A DNA stretch of 64,000 nt. Origin: Octopus vulgaris (Eukaryota). The DNA is taken from contig OX597829.1 of assembly GCA_951406725.2 (NCBI GenBank), forward strand, positions 41,850,001 to 41,914,000. Direction: 5' to 3'. Position 1 is the stretch's first letter. Each line of letters opens with the position of its first letter. Positions 39,166-52,270 of this stretch are shown in pieces. The notes under the pieces were generated by a model. It saw only the letters and a list, made by a program, of their open reading frames with translations. It was not told where the DNA came from and ran no database searches. Position numbers and translations under genes: made by a program.

Positions 39166-39413
39166 AATATATATTTATAATATAAGCGACGAGTGAGTCG
39201 GTATTCTACAGAAAATAAAGGAATTCTCGAACGCAGGTGGTTGTGGTGACAGCTTAGAAAATCGGGTGAATTCCATTTAAAAGACGGGTGAGTGGGAGTG
39301 GTCAGTAAATCAGAATCGAATCCCGTACCTTCCAAATTCTGGCTGAGTGCTCCATATCATTAAGCTAGGAGATGCTTGATAACAAATACCGTCTTTTTAT
39401 AAGGCTAAATAAT

Positions 39414-39735
39414 TATTTCTTTCTTGCCCGCAAGGGGCTAAACATAGAGAGGACAAACAAGAACAGACAAAGGGATTAAGCCGATTACATCGACCCCAGT
39501 GCGTAACTGGTAGTTATTTAATCGACCCCGAGAGGATGACTGGCAAAGTCGACCTCGGCGAGCTTGCTTCCCAACCACATGGTTTCGAGTTATGTCCCAT
39601 AGCTTCAGGCCGACCGAAGCCTTCGAGGCGAATGTGTGGCTTTGTGGTAAGAAGTTTGGTTTCCAACCTAGGGCCGATCGAAGCTTTGTGAGGGGATTTT
39701 GTTGCCGGACACTGAAAGAAGCCCGTCGTCTCTAT

Positions 39736-39797
<62 letters not shown>

Positions 39798-40015
39798 CTG
39801 TCTGTGTTTACTTCGCCACCACAGCCTGACAACCGGTGTTGGTGTGTTTATGTCCTCGTAACCTAGCGGTTCCGTAAAAGACACCAATAGAATAAGTACT
39901 AGGCTAAATAAAACAAATAAGTCCTGGGGTTGATTTCTTCGACTAAAACCCTTCAAGACGGTGTTCCAGCATGGCCGCAGTCAAACGATTAAACAAGCAA
40001 ATGAATAAAAGAATA
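39414..40015. mobile_element. SINE B fragment (minus, 39414-39560) joined to rearranged SINE A (plus)
   Basis: Similarity to other copies. Confidence 0.75.
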
Positions 40016-40344
40016 AACTTGTAAGCGCCGAGTGACTCGGATACCGATATTTCGCCATTTTTATGACTTATCAACATCGATCTATGTTAACGCACGTATC
40101 GCCATGGCATACCAGCAAATAGTTTTTACCGATTGGCGATTCGATTCCTCCCCGGTTCGATTCAGGTCGTCATATTGATAGGTCTCAGAACCGGTGAAAT
40201 ATTGGTGTGATCGGAGGCGTGTTGACTCGCCTGCCTGTGATTTTGAGGCGTTTTTGTATTCAGCATTATAAAGGGGTCGCCCCAAACACTAAACGGCATC
40301 TAACCGGTGAACAAACGAAAATACATACTTGCTGTATGTATGGT

Positions 40345-40582
40345 TACTCTTTTACTCTTTTCCTTGTTTCAGTCATTTGATTGTGGCCATGCTGGAGTAC
40401 CGCCTTTAGTCGAGCAAATCGACCTCAGGACTAATTCTTTGTAAGCCTAGTACTTATTCTATCGGTCTCTTTTGCCGAACCGCTAAGTTACGGGGACTTA
40501 AACACACCAGCATCGGTTGTCAAGCGATGTTGGGAGATAAACACAGACTCACAAAACATATGCACACATATACATACATTCA

Positions 40583-40675
<93 letters not shown>

Positions 40676-40840
40676 TACGACGGGCTTCTTTCAGTTTCCG
40701 ACAACCAAATCCACTCACAAGGCTTTGGTCGGCTGGAGGCTATAGTAGAAGACACTTGCCCAAGGTGCCACGCAATGAGACTGAACCCAGAGCCATGTGG
40801 TTGGTAAGCAAGCTACTTACCACACAGCCACTCCTGCGCC
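40345..40840 (-). mobile_element. SINE family A, full length with expanded internal microsatellite
   Basis: Head, CORE-like domain, (TA)n(GA)n insert, tail. Confidence 0.9.
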
Positions 40841-42092
40841 TATATTTGTTAATATTTAGAACACTAGCGATGCTTTTATTTCGTTACCGAATACACACGC
40901 GTGCACGCGCGCACACACTCACACAATACACGCACATACACACATACACTCACATGCACATACACAGACGTATACACATGCACACACAATTGCACAGACA
41001 CCAACACGTACACACACACATACACACACACATACACACACACATACACACACACACAGATGTACATACATGCAAGTGTGAATGCATGAGTGTGCTTGTG
41101 TGCGTGTGTGTGCATGTGAGTGCCTTTGTGTTTATAATTGTCGACCACCACCAGTTGACAACCGGTGTTCGTTTGCTTACGTTCCCGTAACATAGCAGTT
41201 GCGCAAAAGATACGGATAAGATGGATACCATGCTTTACAAAAAGAAGTCCTGGGGGTCTCTACTTTCGATTAAAAATGTTCAAGACGGTGCTCCAGCATG
41301 GCCACAGTCCACTAATAGAAACAAATAATACATTAAAGATATATTTTTACAATGGCTATGCCATAGGTGCAAGAGTGCTATGTGGTAAGTATTTTGCTAA
41401 TCTACTTCTCATGAGTATCGGTTGTCAGTGTGCGCATGTGCCATTGTGTTGCGTACTGAAGAAGATAGCCGGCAGTGTTTAGCCAAAAGAAGCTGCTGCA
41501 AGGTAAGACTTTTCTCTTGGACCCAGTGAGGGTCGTTGTCTGTGCTTATATGTTTTACAAACAGGGAATCCTCACTGGATTCAGGATGTTGGTCTACTTG
41601 CGGTTCAGCAATATGGTTCATAGTAAATGAAATTTTTTTTCTCATTGTGAGAAGTACAGTCTGGTGGGCGTATCCTTTAACCAAAAATTGTTCACTTTTT
41701 AACAGTGTATGTTTTTACAACAACATTTATCATTATTGGAAATCTGTATTCCAAGTGTTCACATGAAATGAAAATGTTTTCTCATTGTGAGAAATATAGT
41801 TTGGTGACGTTTACTGCCACCAAAAGTCGTTCGCTGTTTGTAAATAGTGTGTATTTTACAACTACGTTGGAAAGCTGTATTTCAAGTGGAGCACCCCAGG
41901 TTCTAATTGGAGTGCCTAAATGCTCAGATTTTATGCTGTATTTTTTTTTAACTGTTGTTTTCTTTTTCTATTGTGACTTTTTTTTATTGAACTGTTTACT
42001 TTTTTTCTTCTTCCCTTTTGTTTCCTTTTGAATTCTCTCTTTCCAAATTTTGTGGATTATTGTTTTGGACTTTTTTATATTTTAATTTAAAC

Positions 42093-42720
42093 ATGGCAAA
42101 AAAAAAATACGGATAAGATTGTAGAGTGGGAGATTGTCCCACCTAAGGAGCGCCTCAGACAACAAGAGGAGAGGACGGTGGTGTTGAGAGCGTATTCGAA
42201 GGTTCTCGACACCATTGCCGTCTTCTCCAAGCGGATGATTGAGCAGGAGTTGGTGGAACATTTGCCAACCATTAAATATATCTCTAGGGTAGTCAAACAC
42301 GCAACGTGTGGTTGCTGTTTGACACCACAGAAGAAGTTCGCAGTTTTGCGAGCCAGCCCCTTTGAGGGTAAAGAAATTTTGTTTCTTCGCACTTATTGTT
42401 GGAAAAAATTGACGAGGGCCTAGGTCTGTGGTTTGCCACCCGGAATTGCACCCCAGTGGATAGAGCATACTATCCGTCGGGGTCTGGGTGGCAGCGGGCC
42501 AGGCATCTCAATGTGAAAATTCTTCCTGCGGCTGATTGGGTTGGGTCAAAAACTGTTTTGACCCTGCGGAGCCCAGGAGCAGTCAATTGAGACTTCTGTA
42601 GAAAAGGGAAGGCGGCTGAGGAGACGGAGGACTCCTCAGGGAAGGGCCGCAAGAGGAAGAAGGTGAGCAACAATGGGTGCTCACCGAAGGATCCTGGGGA
42701 TGAGGGAGGGGAGGTGAATT
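42093..42720 (+). pseudogene. Probable degenerate ORF1 of an L1/Tx1-like LINE
   Basis: MAKKNTDKIVEWEIVPPKERLRQQEERTVVLRAYS...; frameshifted; follows a T-rich leader and a degenerate roughly 140-bp repeat (41627-41890). The assignment is weak. Confidence 0.35.
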
Positions 42721-42734
42721 TGTAAAGGAATTTG

Positions 42735-43098
42735 ACAAATTAAGTAAATATAAGGACCTGGAAATTGTGGCATCTTACAGCGAGAACTGTTCCTGTTATT
42801 CTGGGTGCCCTAGGTATGATAAAAAAAAAGGTATGTCAGAAATATCAAGAGAACCATGTTCCAGGAGAACCATGTCTCAGAGAAATCTAAATGATTGTGC
42901 TAACAAGTACTGCCCACATCCTTAGAAAACCCGCATCATTTTAAATGTCTGTGTTGTATTACATGAAGATATTTCACTGCTGCCCCTGTCACTTCCTCTC
43001 CCCAACTTTTGTCATATTATAACATCTCTTATTCTTCACTCACCCAAGGACGCTGGACGTGTCTCAGCAAGTGATTGTAACAAACATGCAGATTAAAA

Positions 43099-43105
<7 letters not shown>
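42735..43105 (+). mobile_element. Degenerate Dong/R4-like 3' end running into (TAA)n
   Basis: KLSKYKDLEI...TVPVILGALGMIKK...IVLTSTAHILRK. Confidence 0.75.
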
Positions 43106-43160
<55 letters not shown>

Positions 43161-43182
43161 AATAATGATAATAAGAATAATG

Positions 43183-43243
<61 letters not shown>

Positions 43244-43263
43244 TAATAATAATAATGATAATA

Positions 43264-43342
<79 letters not shown>

Positions 43343-43654
43343 TAATAATTCTTTCTATTATAAGCACAAGGTCAGAAATTTGAGGAGGGAACTAGTCGAT
43401 TACATCGACCCCAGTGTTTCACTAGTACTTATTTTATCGACCCCCGAAAGGTCGAAAGGCTGTGTCGGCCTTGATGGAATTTGAATGCAGAATGTAAAGA
43501 CGGATAAAATGCTATGAAGCGTTTTGTCCGGCGTGCTAACGATTCTACCAGCTCACTGCAACAACAACAAAAACATCACCACCACCACCACACCACCACC
43601 ACCACCACGACGACCACCAGCACCACCATCATCATAACCACCACCACCACCACC

Positions 43655-43687
<33 letters not shown>

Positions 43688-43688
43688 C

Positions 43689-43730
<42 letters not shown>

Positions 43731-44296
43731 ATAACAGCAACAGCAGCAGCAGCAGCAGAAACAATAACAACAACAACAACAACGGTCTTATCTACTTAGA
43801 AGCAGCGGGGTAAGAACAAATGATGCAATTAGAATTCTGCTATAAAACCTCCACTATAGGAATGAACAGGTACTTAAGTAGCAGAGAGGATTGGATGCTG
43901 CGGCTTCTGTGCAAACACGAAAGCAGCAAAAAGACGCATTATATTGTCAAGGAAGCTTGTAAATTCGCTAGGGAACTTGACGTTAATCCTGAATTAGACG
44001 AAGAACCTGAAACAGCTACTACGAAGCAAGCAAGCAAAACGAATCAAGCAAACCGCTAAAAAGAACGGGCAGAAGTAAAATGAGGAGGGACGGAGCCCAG
44101 AAGCCCTCGCATGGACAGTAGATTGTTCAATGTCAAAATGCTGATGGAGACCAAGCAACGATCCATCAGTGGTTGAGGAGTTCATGATAGAAAGCAGGAA
44201 CTGAAGGCTTCATATTGGCAGCACAAGATAAAAGCTTGTTTACCAGAAATTACCAGGCTATTCTTCAGATCGGTACTGACCCTAAACATAGATTCT

Positions 44297-45088
44297 TATT
44301 TCTTTATTGCCAACAAGAGGCTAAACATAGAGGGGACAAACAAGGACAGACATAGGTATTAAGTCGATCACATCGACCCCAGTGCGTAACTGGTACTTAA
44401 TTTATCGACCTCGAAAGGATGAAAGGCAAAGTCGACCTCGGCGGAATTTGAACTCAGAACGTAACAGCAGACGAAATACCTATTTCTTTATTGCCAACAA
44501 GAGGCTAAACATAGAGGCGACAAACAAGGACAGACATAGGTATTAAGTCGATTACATCGACCCCAGTGCGTAACTGGTACTTAATTTATTGTACTCGAAA
44601 GGATGAAAGGCAAAGTCGACCTCGGCGGAATTTGAACTCAGAACGTAACAGCAGACAAAATACCTATTTCTTTACTACCCACAAGGGGTTGAACATACAA
44701 GGGACAAACAAGGACAGACATAGGTATTAAGTCGATTACATCGACCCCAGTGCGTAACTGGTACTTAATTTATCGACCCCGAAAGGATGAAAGGCAAAGT
44801 CGACCTCGGCGGAATTTGAACTCACAACGTAGCGACAGACGAAATACCTATTTCTATTTCTTTACTACCCACAAGGGGCTAAACACAGAGGGGACAAACA
44901 AGGACAGACAAACGGATTAAGTCGATTATATCGAACCCAGTGCGTAACTGGTACTCATTTAATCGACCCCGAAAGGATGAAAAAGCAAAGTCGACCTCGG
45001 CGGAATTTGAACTCACGACGTAACGGCAGACGAAATACCGCTGAGCATTTCGCCCGGCGTGCTAACATTTCTGCCAGCTCGCCGCCTT
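44297..45088 (-). mobile_element. SINE family B concatemer: head plus four 184-bp units
   Basis: Unit ends at 44297, 44481, 44665 and 44849; TSD AACRTAGATTCT at 44285-44296 and 45089-45100. Confidence 0.93.
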
Positions 45089-45410
45089 AACGTAGATTCT
45101 GCAACACATTTGACGAAATAATAGACTATTTTGTTTCGGTATGTCCTGTGCTGACACCAAATGAATATAAGAATCGTCGTGACAGGGTAGGACAGAATTT
45201 ACATTGGAAAATATGTAACCACTACAAAATCGACACGCTGATATTAACTGATATTAATGCTCTCCTGAGCCAGCGGTTGTAGGTAAAAACGTCACAATCC
45301 TCTGGGATTTTCCAGTCAACACCGACAGAACAATCCAGGTTAATCGACTAGACATATATATATTAAAGACACGGAAGAAAATATTTGTAGACTAATATTT
45401 GTAGACTAAT

Positions 45411-45825
45411 AGGCGCAGGAGTGGCTGTGTGGTAAGTAGCTTGTTTACCAACCACATGGTTCCGAGTTCAGTCCCACTGCGTGGCACCTTCGGCAAGTGT
45501 CTTCCACTATAGCCTCGGGCCGGCCAAAGCCTTGTGAGTGGATTTGGTAGATGGAAACTGAAAGAAGCCCGTCGTATATATGTATATATATATATATGTG
45601 TGTGTTTGTGTGTCTGTATTTGTCTCCCTAGCATTGCTTGACAACCGATGCTGGTGTGCTTATGTCCCCGTTACTTAGCGGTTCGGCAAAAGAGACCGAT
45701 AGAATAAGTACTGGGCTTACAAAAGAATAAGTCCCGGGGTCGAGTTGCTCGATTAAAGGCGGTGCTCCAGCATGGCCGCAGTCAAATGACTGAAACAAGT
45801 AAAAGAGTAAAAGAGTAAAAAGAGT
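45411..45825 (+). mobile_element. SINE family A, full length
   Basis: tRNA-like head, CORE-like domain, tail ...GACTGAAACAAGT(AAAAGAGT)n. Confidence 0.93.
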
Positions 45826-45962
45826 AATAAATGTTAATGTCCTCGCTGATAAAAAATATATCTGTAAAAGAAGTTTAGTAAAATGTAAGGACTTGGAGAT
45901 TGAAATACAAAAATGTGACATCTTAAAGCAAAAATTGTTCCTATTGTTGTAGGTGTGTGGAT

Positions 45963-46330
45963 GGAAGCACTCCGTCGGTTACGACGACGAGGGTTCCGGT
46001 TGATCCGATCAACAGAACGGCCTGCTCGTGAAATTAACGTGTAAGTGACTGAGCACTCCACAGACACGTGTACCCTTAACGTAGTTCTCGGGGATATTCA
46101 GCGTGACACAGAGAGTGACAAGGCCGGCCCTTTGAAATACAGGTACATCAGAAACAGGAAGTAAGAGTGAGAGAAAGTTGTGGTGAAATAGTACAGCAGG
46201 GATCACCACCATCCCCTGCTGGAGCCTCGTGGAGCTTTAGGTGTTTTCGCTCAATAAACACTCACAACGCCTGGTCTGGGAATCGAAACCGCGATCCTAT
46301 GACCGCGAGTCCGCTGCCCTAACCACTGGG
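45963..46330 (-). mobile_element. SINE family C
   Basis: Matches the other copies. Confidence 0.9.
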
Positions 46331-46593
46331 TAAGATAATAAAAGAGATGTCAGCAACATCTACACAACATCCCAGTGGTACCATCTCTGAGAGAAATTCA
46401 AGATTGTGTTGACAAGTACCGCCGAGATCCTTAGAAAAAACATTATCGATTTAAATATTTGAGTTGTATGATATGAATGTATTTCTGTAGTGACTTCTCC
46501 ACTTCCCCTCCTCAAAGCTTCAATTTATATTTCAACTTCTCTTGACCTTCACTTGCCCTAGGGCGTTGGGTGTGTTCCGGTAAGTGATAGTAT

Positions 46594-46935
46594 CAGACCC
46601 CAGTGCGTAACTGGTACTTAATTTATCGACCCCGAAAGGATGAAAGGCAAAGTCGATCTCGGCGGAATTTGAACTCAGAACGTAACGGCAGACGAACAAA
46701 CCCATTTCTTTACTACCCACAAGAGGCTAAACACAGAGAGGACAAACAAGGATAGACAAACGGATCAAGTCGATTACATCGACCCCAGTGCGTAACTGGT
46801 ACTTATTTAATCGACTCCAAAAGATGAAAGGCAAAGTCGACCTCGGCGGAATTTGAACTCAGAACGTAACGGCAGACGAAATACGGCTACGCATTTCGCC
46901 CAGCGTGCTAACGTTTCTGCCAGCTCACCGTCTTA
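46594..46935 (-). mobile_element. SINE family B: head plus about 1.6 units
   Basis: Same junction near 46700. Confidence 0.85.
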
Positions 46936-47251
46936 CGACGATTCTGCAAGCTCACCACCTTAACAATTATGACAACAACAACAGCAACAACAAACAAATA
47001 CTTGCTTCTCTTTCTGAAAATGCTTAATTCTCATGTTCCTGCTTACCAGTTCCAGCATAATTGTTTTCCAATTGTACCATGGTGATTCCCGTTAGAATTT
47101 TCTTATACGAAATGCAGGATAAAGGATTTAACAAACACATCACGAGTGACATTGTAAAATGCTATTTTGTAATCTACCCCTGCTGTTTGGTAAATTCATT
47201 ATATTTTTATTTCATTTCAACTGTTTTTTTTAATAAATCATCCATCACTAA

Positions 47252-47585
47252 AGGGTAATGGGTAAAGACCCCCTTCGGTCATGAATGACCATGAGATTGC
47301 ATCTAGAAAGTTCCCCTCATAGGCACAAGACCGGGCAAGTTTGTTTATGGAAGACCAGCAGTCGCCCATGCCTCTCCTCTTCACGCCACCGATGTCTAAG
47401 GGAAAGACAAAGACTGATGCAGCTTGGCACCAGTGATTCCACAACTCATTTCTACTGATCAATGAACTGGAGTAGCGTGATATAAAGTGTCTTGCTCAAG
47501 AACACAACACGCAGCCCGGTGCGAGAACCGAACTCACTACCTCATGATTGTGAGCCCGACGCTCTAACCACTGAGCCATGCGCCT
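47252..47585 (-). mobile_element. tRNA-headed SINE family D (CORE-like)
   Basis: GGCGCATGGCTCAGTGGTTAGAGCGTCGGGCT...GAGTTCGGTTC; TTGTGTTCTTGAGCAAGACACTTT; short repeated tail. Confidence 0.8.
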
Positions 47586-48021
47586 TAACCACCTTATTGA
47601 TTCTCACTCATTCCTTGCAGACATACAGCTGACTGGAACGGAGTTATGTAAGTTGTTGGTGTTACAATGAAGGGCATGGGATATTTCGGTATGAGTGTCG
47701 TGTTATTTACTGCGTGAGGATTTTTTAAATCTCATTTCAATATCATTATCTCTGAGGTTTTTTTTGTTAAGTTCCCCGTCACTTTACAGGTAATGTTTTG
47801 ATTAAGAGTGAGTCGAGATGCCCTTTTGATTGCTACACCTGGACGGTTTTTCCGCCAATCTTCTCAGCGTGGTTTGGCATGTCCCAAATGACTTTAAGCC
47901 AAATTGCTGCCATTGACATGTTTCGCTACATGCTTATATCAATCCTTAAATATTTCGCGTCTAAGTGTCGTAGTATCTCCCAATAGGACATAGCAGTCGA
48001 CTTGATCGTGTCAGAGAGTAT

Positions 48022-48473
48022 CTTCTCCTCCTTCCTCCTCCTTCTTCTTCTTCTTCTTCTTCTTCTTTTTCTTCTTCTTCTTCTTCTTCTTCTTCTTCTT
48101 CTTCTTCTTCTTCTTCTTCTTCTTCTTCTTCTTCTTCTTCTTCTTCTTCTGTCTTCTTCTTCTTCTTTTTCTTCTTCTTCTTCTTCTTCTTCTTCTTCTT
48201 CTTTTCTTCCTCCTCCTACTTTTTCTCCACAACTACCACCACCACTACCACAACCACAACCCTCCTCCTGCTTCCCGTTCTTTTTCTCCTCCTCCCCCTT
48301 CTCCTTCTTCTCCTCCTCCTCCCCCTGTCTTCATTTCTTTATTTTTCTTCTTTTCTTCCTTCTCCTACCATTTCTCCACCACCACCACCACCACCACCAC
48401 CACCACCACCACCACCACCACCCTTCTGCTTCCCGTCATTTTTCTCCTCCTCATGATGATGATGATGATGATG

Positions 48474-48529
<56 letters not shown>

Positions 48530-48556
48530 GTCATCATCATCATCATCATCATCGTG
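48022..48556. repeat. Compound (CTT)n/(CCA)n/(CAT)n microsatellite
   Basis: Directly visible. Confidence 0.95.
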
Positions 48557-49014
48557 TTATCATTTGTGTTTGTGTTTGTGTTTGTCATTTCTGACTTCAG
48601 ATTTTGTTCAATATTTAATAAGCCAAGCCTTTGCACCGAGAAACTTTTAACCAGTTCTTCGAGCGGGGCGGGTGGAGATGTTTATCATCCATGATCTACT
48701 GGCTCTTAAATGTCAATTTTGAGACGGGTGTACTGACACTACTACTGACACTACTACCGCCACCAGCAACAATAACGACAACGGCAATCTGATGCGTACC
48801 CCGTTTGACAGAGATACATCTCGCTCTAGAACCACAAGCGTAACCCTATTAAGTATTGGTTATTAAACCACAGCATCCATATTTGTTTCTCTATCTGAAA
48901 TATCTGTGTCTTTAACGACCAACGTCTCTGTAAGATAACTAGATACAGCAAGGAAGACAACTCCAATCTGAAACACCTAGATATAAATGGCAGCGTAATA
49001 ATGCTTGTTGCAGC

Positions 49015-49062
<48 letters not shown>

Positions 49063-49177
49063 CACCATCATCATCATCATTATTATTGTTGTTGTTGTTG
49101 TTGTTATGTAAGGCGGCGAGCACAACAGCTGTAACATGTAACACAAGGAAAAGAACAACTGCCAGACACCACACCTA

Positions 49178-49570
49178 TCACTACCACCACCACCACCACC
49201 ACCACCACCACTACCACACCCTCCACCACCGTCGCCTGCACCACCTCCGCCGCCTCCGCCACTGCCGCCTCCGCCGCTGCCGCCTCCGCCGCTGCCGCGC
49301 TCCGCCGCTGCCGCCTCCGCCGCCGCTGCCGCTTCCGCCGCTGCCGCCTCCGCCGCCGCCGCCGCTGCCGCCTCCGCCGCTGCCGCCTCCGCCGCTGCCG
49401 CCTCCGCCGCTACCGCCTCCGCCGCTGCCTCCGCCGCCTCCGCCGCCTCCGCCGCCTCCGCCGCCTCCGCCGCCTCCGCCTCCGCCTCCGCCGCCTCCGC
49501 CGCCTAGCCGCCGCCGCCACCACCACCACCACCACCACCACCACCACCACCACCACCACCACCACCACCA
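49178..49570. repeat. GC-rich (CCA)n-(CCG/CCT/CTG)n-(CCA)n repeat
   Basis: Directly visible; 15-bp and 9-bp sub-periods. Confidence 0.93.
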
Positions 49571-49850
49571 TATTGCCTGTCCACAAGCAGCAAAAAGAAA
49601 ATGTCGAGCACAGGGATGGAGCCAGAGCTCCAAACAAATGAAAAAAATGCAACGAAGTTACCTTCAGATCTGAACAATCTGCCAAGGTGTCGCTTATGTG
49701 GTAACACAAACCATCTAAGGGGTTTGTGTCAGCAACGAAGTAAGAAACGTTAGATCTCCACAACTTACTACTTACTACACAGCGCCTTGGCAATGGCCAA
49801 AAGAAAACGGATTTTCCCCGGCGTGTTGACGGTTCTGCCAGCTCACCGCC

Positions 49851-49909
<59 letters not shown>

Positions 49910-49949
49910 TAATAATAATAATTAATAATAATAATAGATAATAATAATG

Positions 49950-50003
<54 letters not shown>

Positions 50004-50023
50004 TTAATAACAATAATAATAAT

Positions 50024-50571
50024 AGCAGTACCAGGCAGTGGCTCTCATGGCTTCTGATCTTAACTGATTGGAAGTGTTATCATGTACATTGTTTTGTCTT
50101 GGTATAAAAGATGGGCTACAGCAAATATTCTGCTCAATACCACAGATTTGCTTGTCAGTTGTTTGACCTTAACCAGTTGAGCATGTCCCTTAGTGGCTGA
50201 CGATATGTGCATCTCTGATCACGAGCAGAAGTAGTGGGGGAGCATCATAGCCATGTGTTGAGAGGGATTCTTTGGGGTTTGAATAATTCACCTCTGGAAA
50301 CATGGGTGGTTCTTTCAACATCCTTAAACAACCCTTAACCAGGGACCTTTTGAGCGGGATGGGCTACTCAACCTGAAGAAAATTCTAACTGGGCCCCACC
50401 TGCAAGGTCATGTGCTGTTTATCTTGATATGAGATCACCATGTCGCGCACATATGGTTGTGATGCATGTGGCTGGTGTACCTTTATCAGACGGGTAGTCA
50501 TGATGGGTATATTGGGCTTTGTATATTTTACCCCAGTGTCACTTTGATGGCATGCACTGCTCTCTCACTCA
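50024..50571 (+). mobile_element. (TAA)n-embedded non-coding element (family F), near full length
   Basis: Flanked by (TAA)n on both sides; three copies in the window. Confidence 0.9.
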
Positions 50572-50608
50572 ATAATAATAATAATAATAATATTATTAAT
50601 AATAATAT

Positions 50609-50639
<31 letters not shown>

Positions 50640-51394
50640 AAGAAGAAGAAGAAGAAGAAGAAGAAGAAGAAGAAGAAGAAGAAGAAGAAGAAGAAGAAGA
50701 AGAATCCTTTTTACTGTAGTCACAAGGCCTGGAATTTGAGGGAGGTGGATAGTTGATCATATCTACCCCCAGGCCATCAAGGACTTCATCACCACCAACA
50801 ATGCAAAATCATAACAGTGGTCAATTACAGCAGCTGTAGCTGCAACAACAGCCACAGAAGCATTAACACCCACAACTCAGTAAAACAAAGGACGACCACA
50901 GAGAGACCGTAATAAAACCAACAACGGGTAAGATTGCAACGGGGTGTAACATCGCCCCAAATCAGTAACAGAATCCTCTCAGCCCAGCACAACACTACAA
51001 ACATACCCTTTCTCCTTCAGCTCACTTGAATATATCGTGAAATGAGGGCGACGAAGAAGAGAGAGTGGGGAACAATGACGAATTGTTTCAGTAAGAGGAG
51101 AGAGAGAGAGAGAGAAAGAGTAAAAAGGACAAAAACAAGTCTACCCTCTACCACCACTACCAACCACCACCACAGAACAATGTCAACACTGCAAATATCA
51201 CAACAAAAGAAAACACAACCCAATCTATACCAAAACTAAGAAGAAAAACTTAACAAAGAGAATCATAAGCTACACGGCCATAGACACAGACACAGACACA
51301 GACAGACACAGACAGACACAGACAGACAGACAGACAGACACACACACACACACACACAACAATTGCTGAACCATATACATCAATATATACATAC

Positions 51395-51810
51395 TTCTTT
51401 ACTGCCCACAAGGGGCTAAACATAGAGGGGACAAACAAGGACAGACGAAGAGATTAAGTCGATTATATCGCCCCCAGTGCGAAACTGGTACTTTATTTAA
51501 TCGACCCCGAAAGGATGAAAGGGAAAGTGGACCTCGGCAGAATTTGAACTCAGAACGTAACGACAGACGAAATAGCTATTTCTTTACTACCCATAAGGGG
51601 ATAAACACAGAAGGGACACACAAGGACAGACAAACTGATTAAGTCGATTATATCGCCCCCAGTTCGAAAATGGTACTTTATTTAATCGACCCCGAAAGGA
51701 TGAAAGGGAAAGCGAACCTCGGCGGAATTTGAACTCAGAACGTAACGACAGACGAAATACCGCTAAGCATTTCGCCCGGCGCGCTAATGTTTCTGCCAAC
51801 TCACCGCCTT
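51395..51810 (-). mobile_element. SINE family B: head plus two units
   Basis: Junction GAAATAGCTATTTC near 51570; degenerate TSD. Confidence 0.88.
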
Positions 51811-51869
51811 CATACACCAATATATAGACACCATGGCTACATTACAACAAAACATGACAAACACACATA

Positions 51870-52270
51870 TCTATATATATAAAAGTGAAGTTGTGTGAGT
51901 GTCTGTCTCCTACGATTTAGATTCCCAACTACTCCCACATTTTGCGGTGCAGTTTAACCAAATTCGGGTATCTTATAGTCGTGATTCATATCGAGCCCGT
52001 CTGGGTATTAGCGCGCGTCTACGATGAGTCTAGGATTTAAAAAATAATTTACCATAATTTTTTTCCATTTTAATGCATTTTTTCGGTATTATATAAGGGA
52101 AGTAACTCTCTAAAAATGTCTACGATGAGTCAACGATTTAAAAAAAAATTACCATAATTTTTTTTCCATTTTTAATGCATTTTTTGGCTATTTTTTGGCT
52201 ATAACTCTCTAAAAATGCTTATATAGTTATTTCCCTTACAAACCCGAGCAACGCCGGGCGATACTGCTAG
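51870..52270 (+). mobile_element. Non-autonomous Helitron
   Basis: TC...CTAG ends; homologous to the 29264 and 36590 copies. Confidence 0.9.

Larger units (their letters stand above)
43785..46590 (+). mobile_element. Degenerate Dong/R4-like retrotransposon interrupted by SINE B, A and C insertions
   Basis: TEGFILAAQDKSLFTRNYQA...DPKHRF|CNTFDE...CPVL...NRRDRVG..LHWKIC...TILWDFPVNTDRTIQVNRLDI...KDLEIEI. Confidence 0.8.

Noticed and set aside
45411-45485. SINE heads as tRNA genes
   Set aside because: They have A/B boxes but no complete cloverleaf and continue into repeated SINE bodies.
49005-49793. Poly-Pro/poly-Gly formin- or extensin-like ORFs
   Set aside because: Composed wholly of triplet repeats, open in several frames, with no flanking domain.
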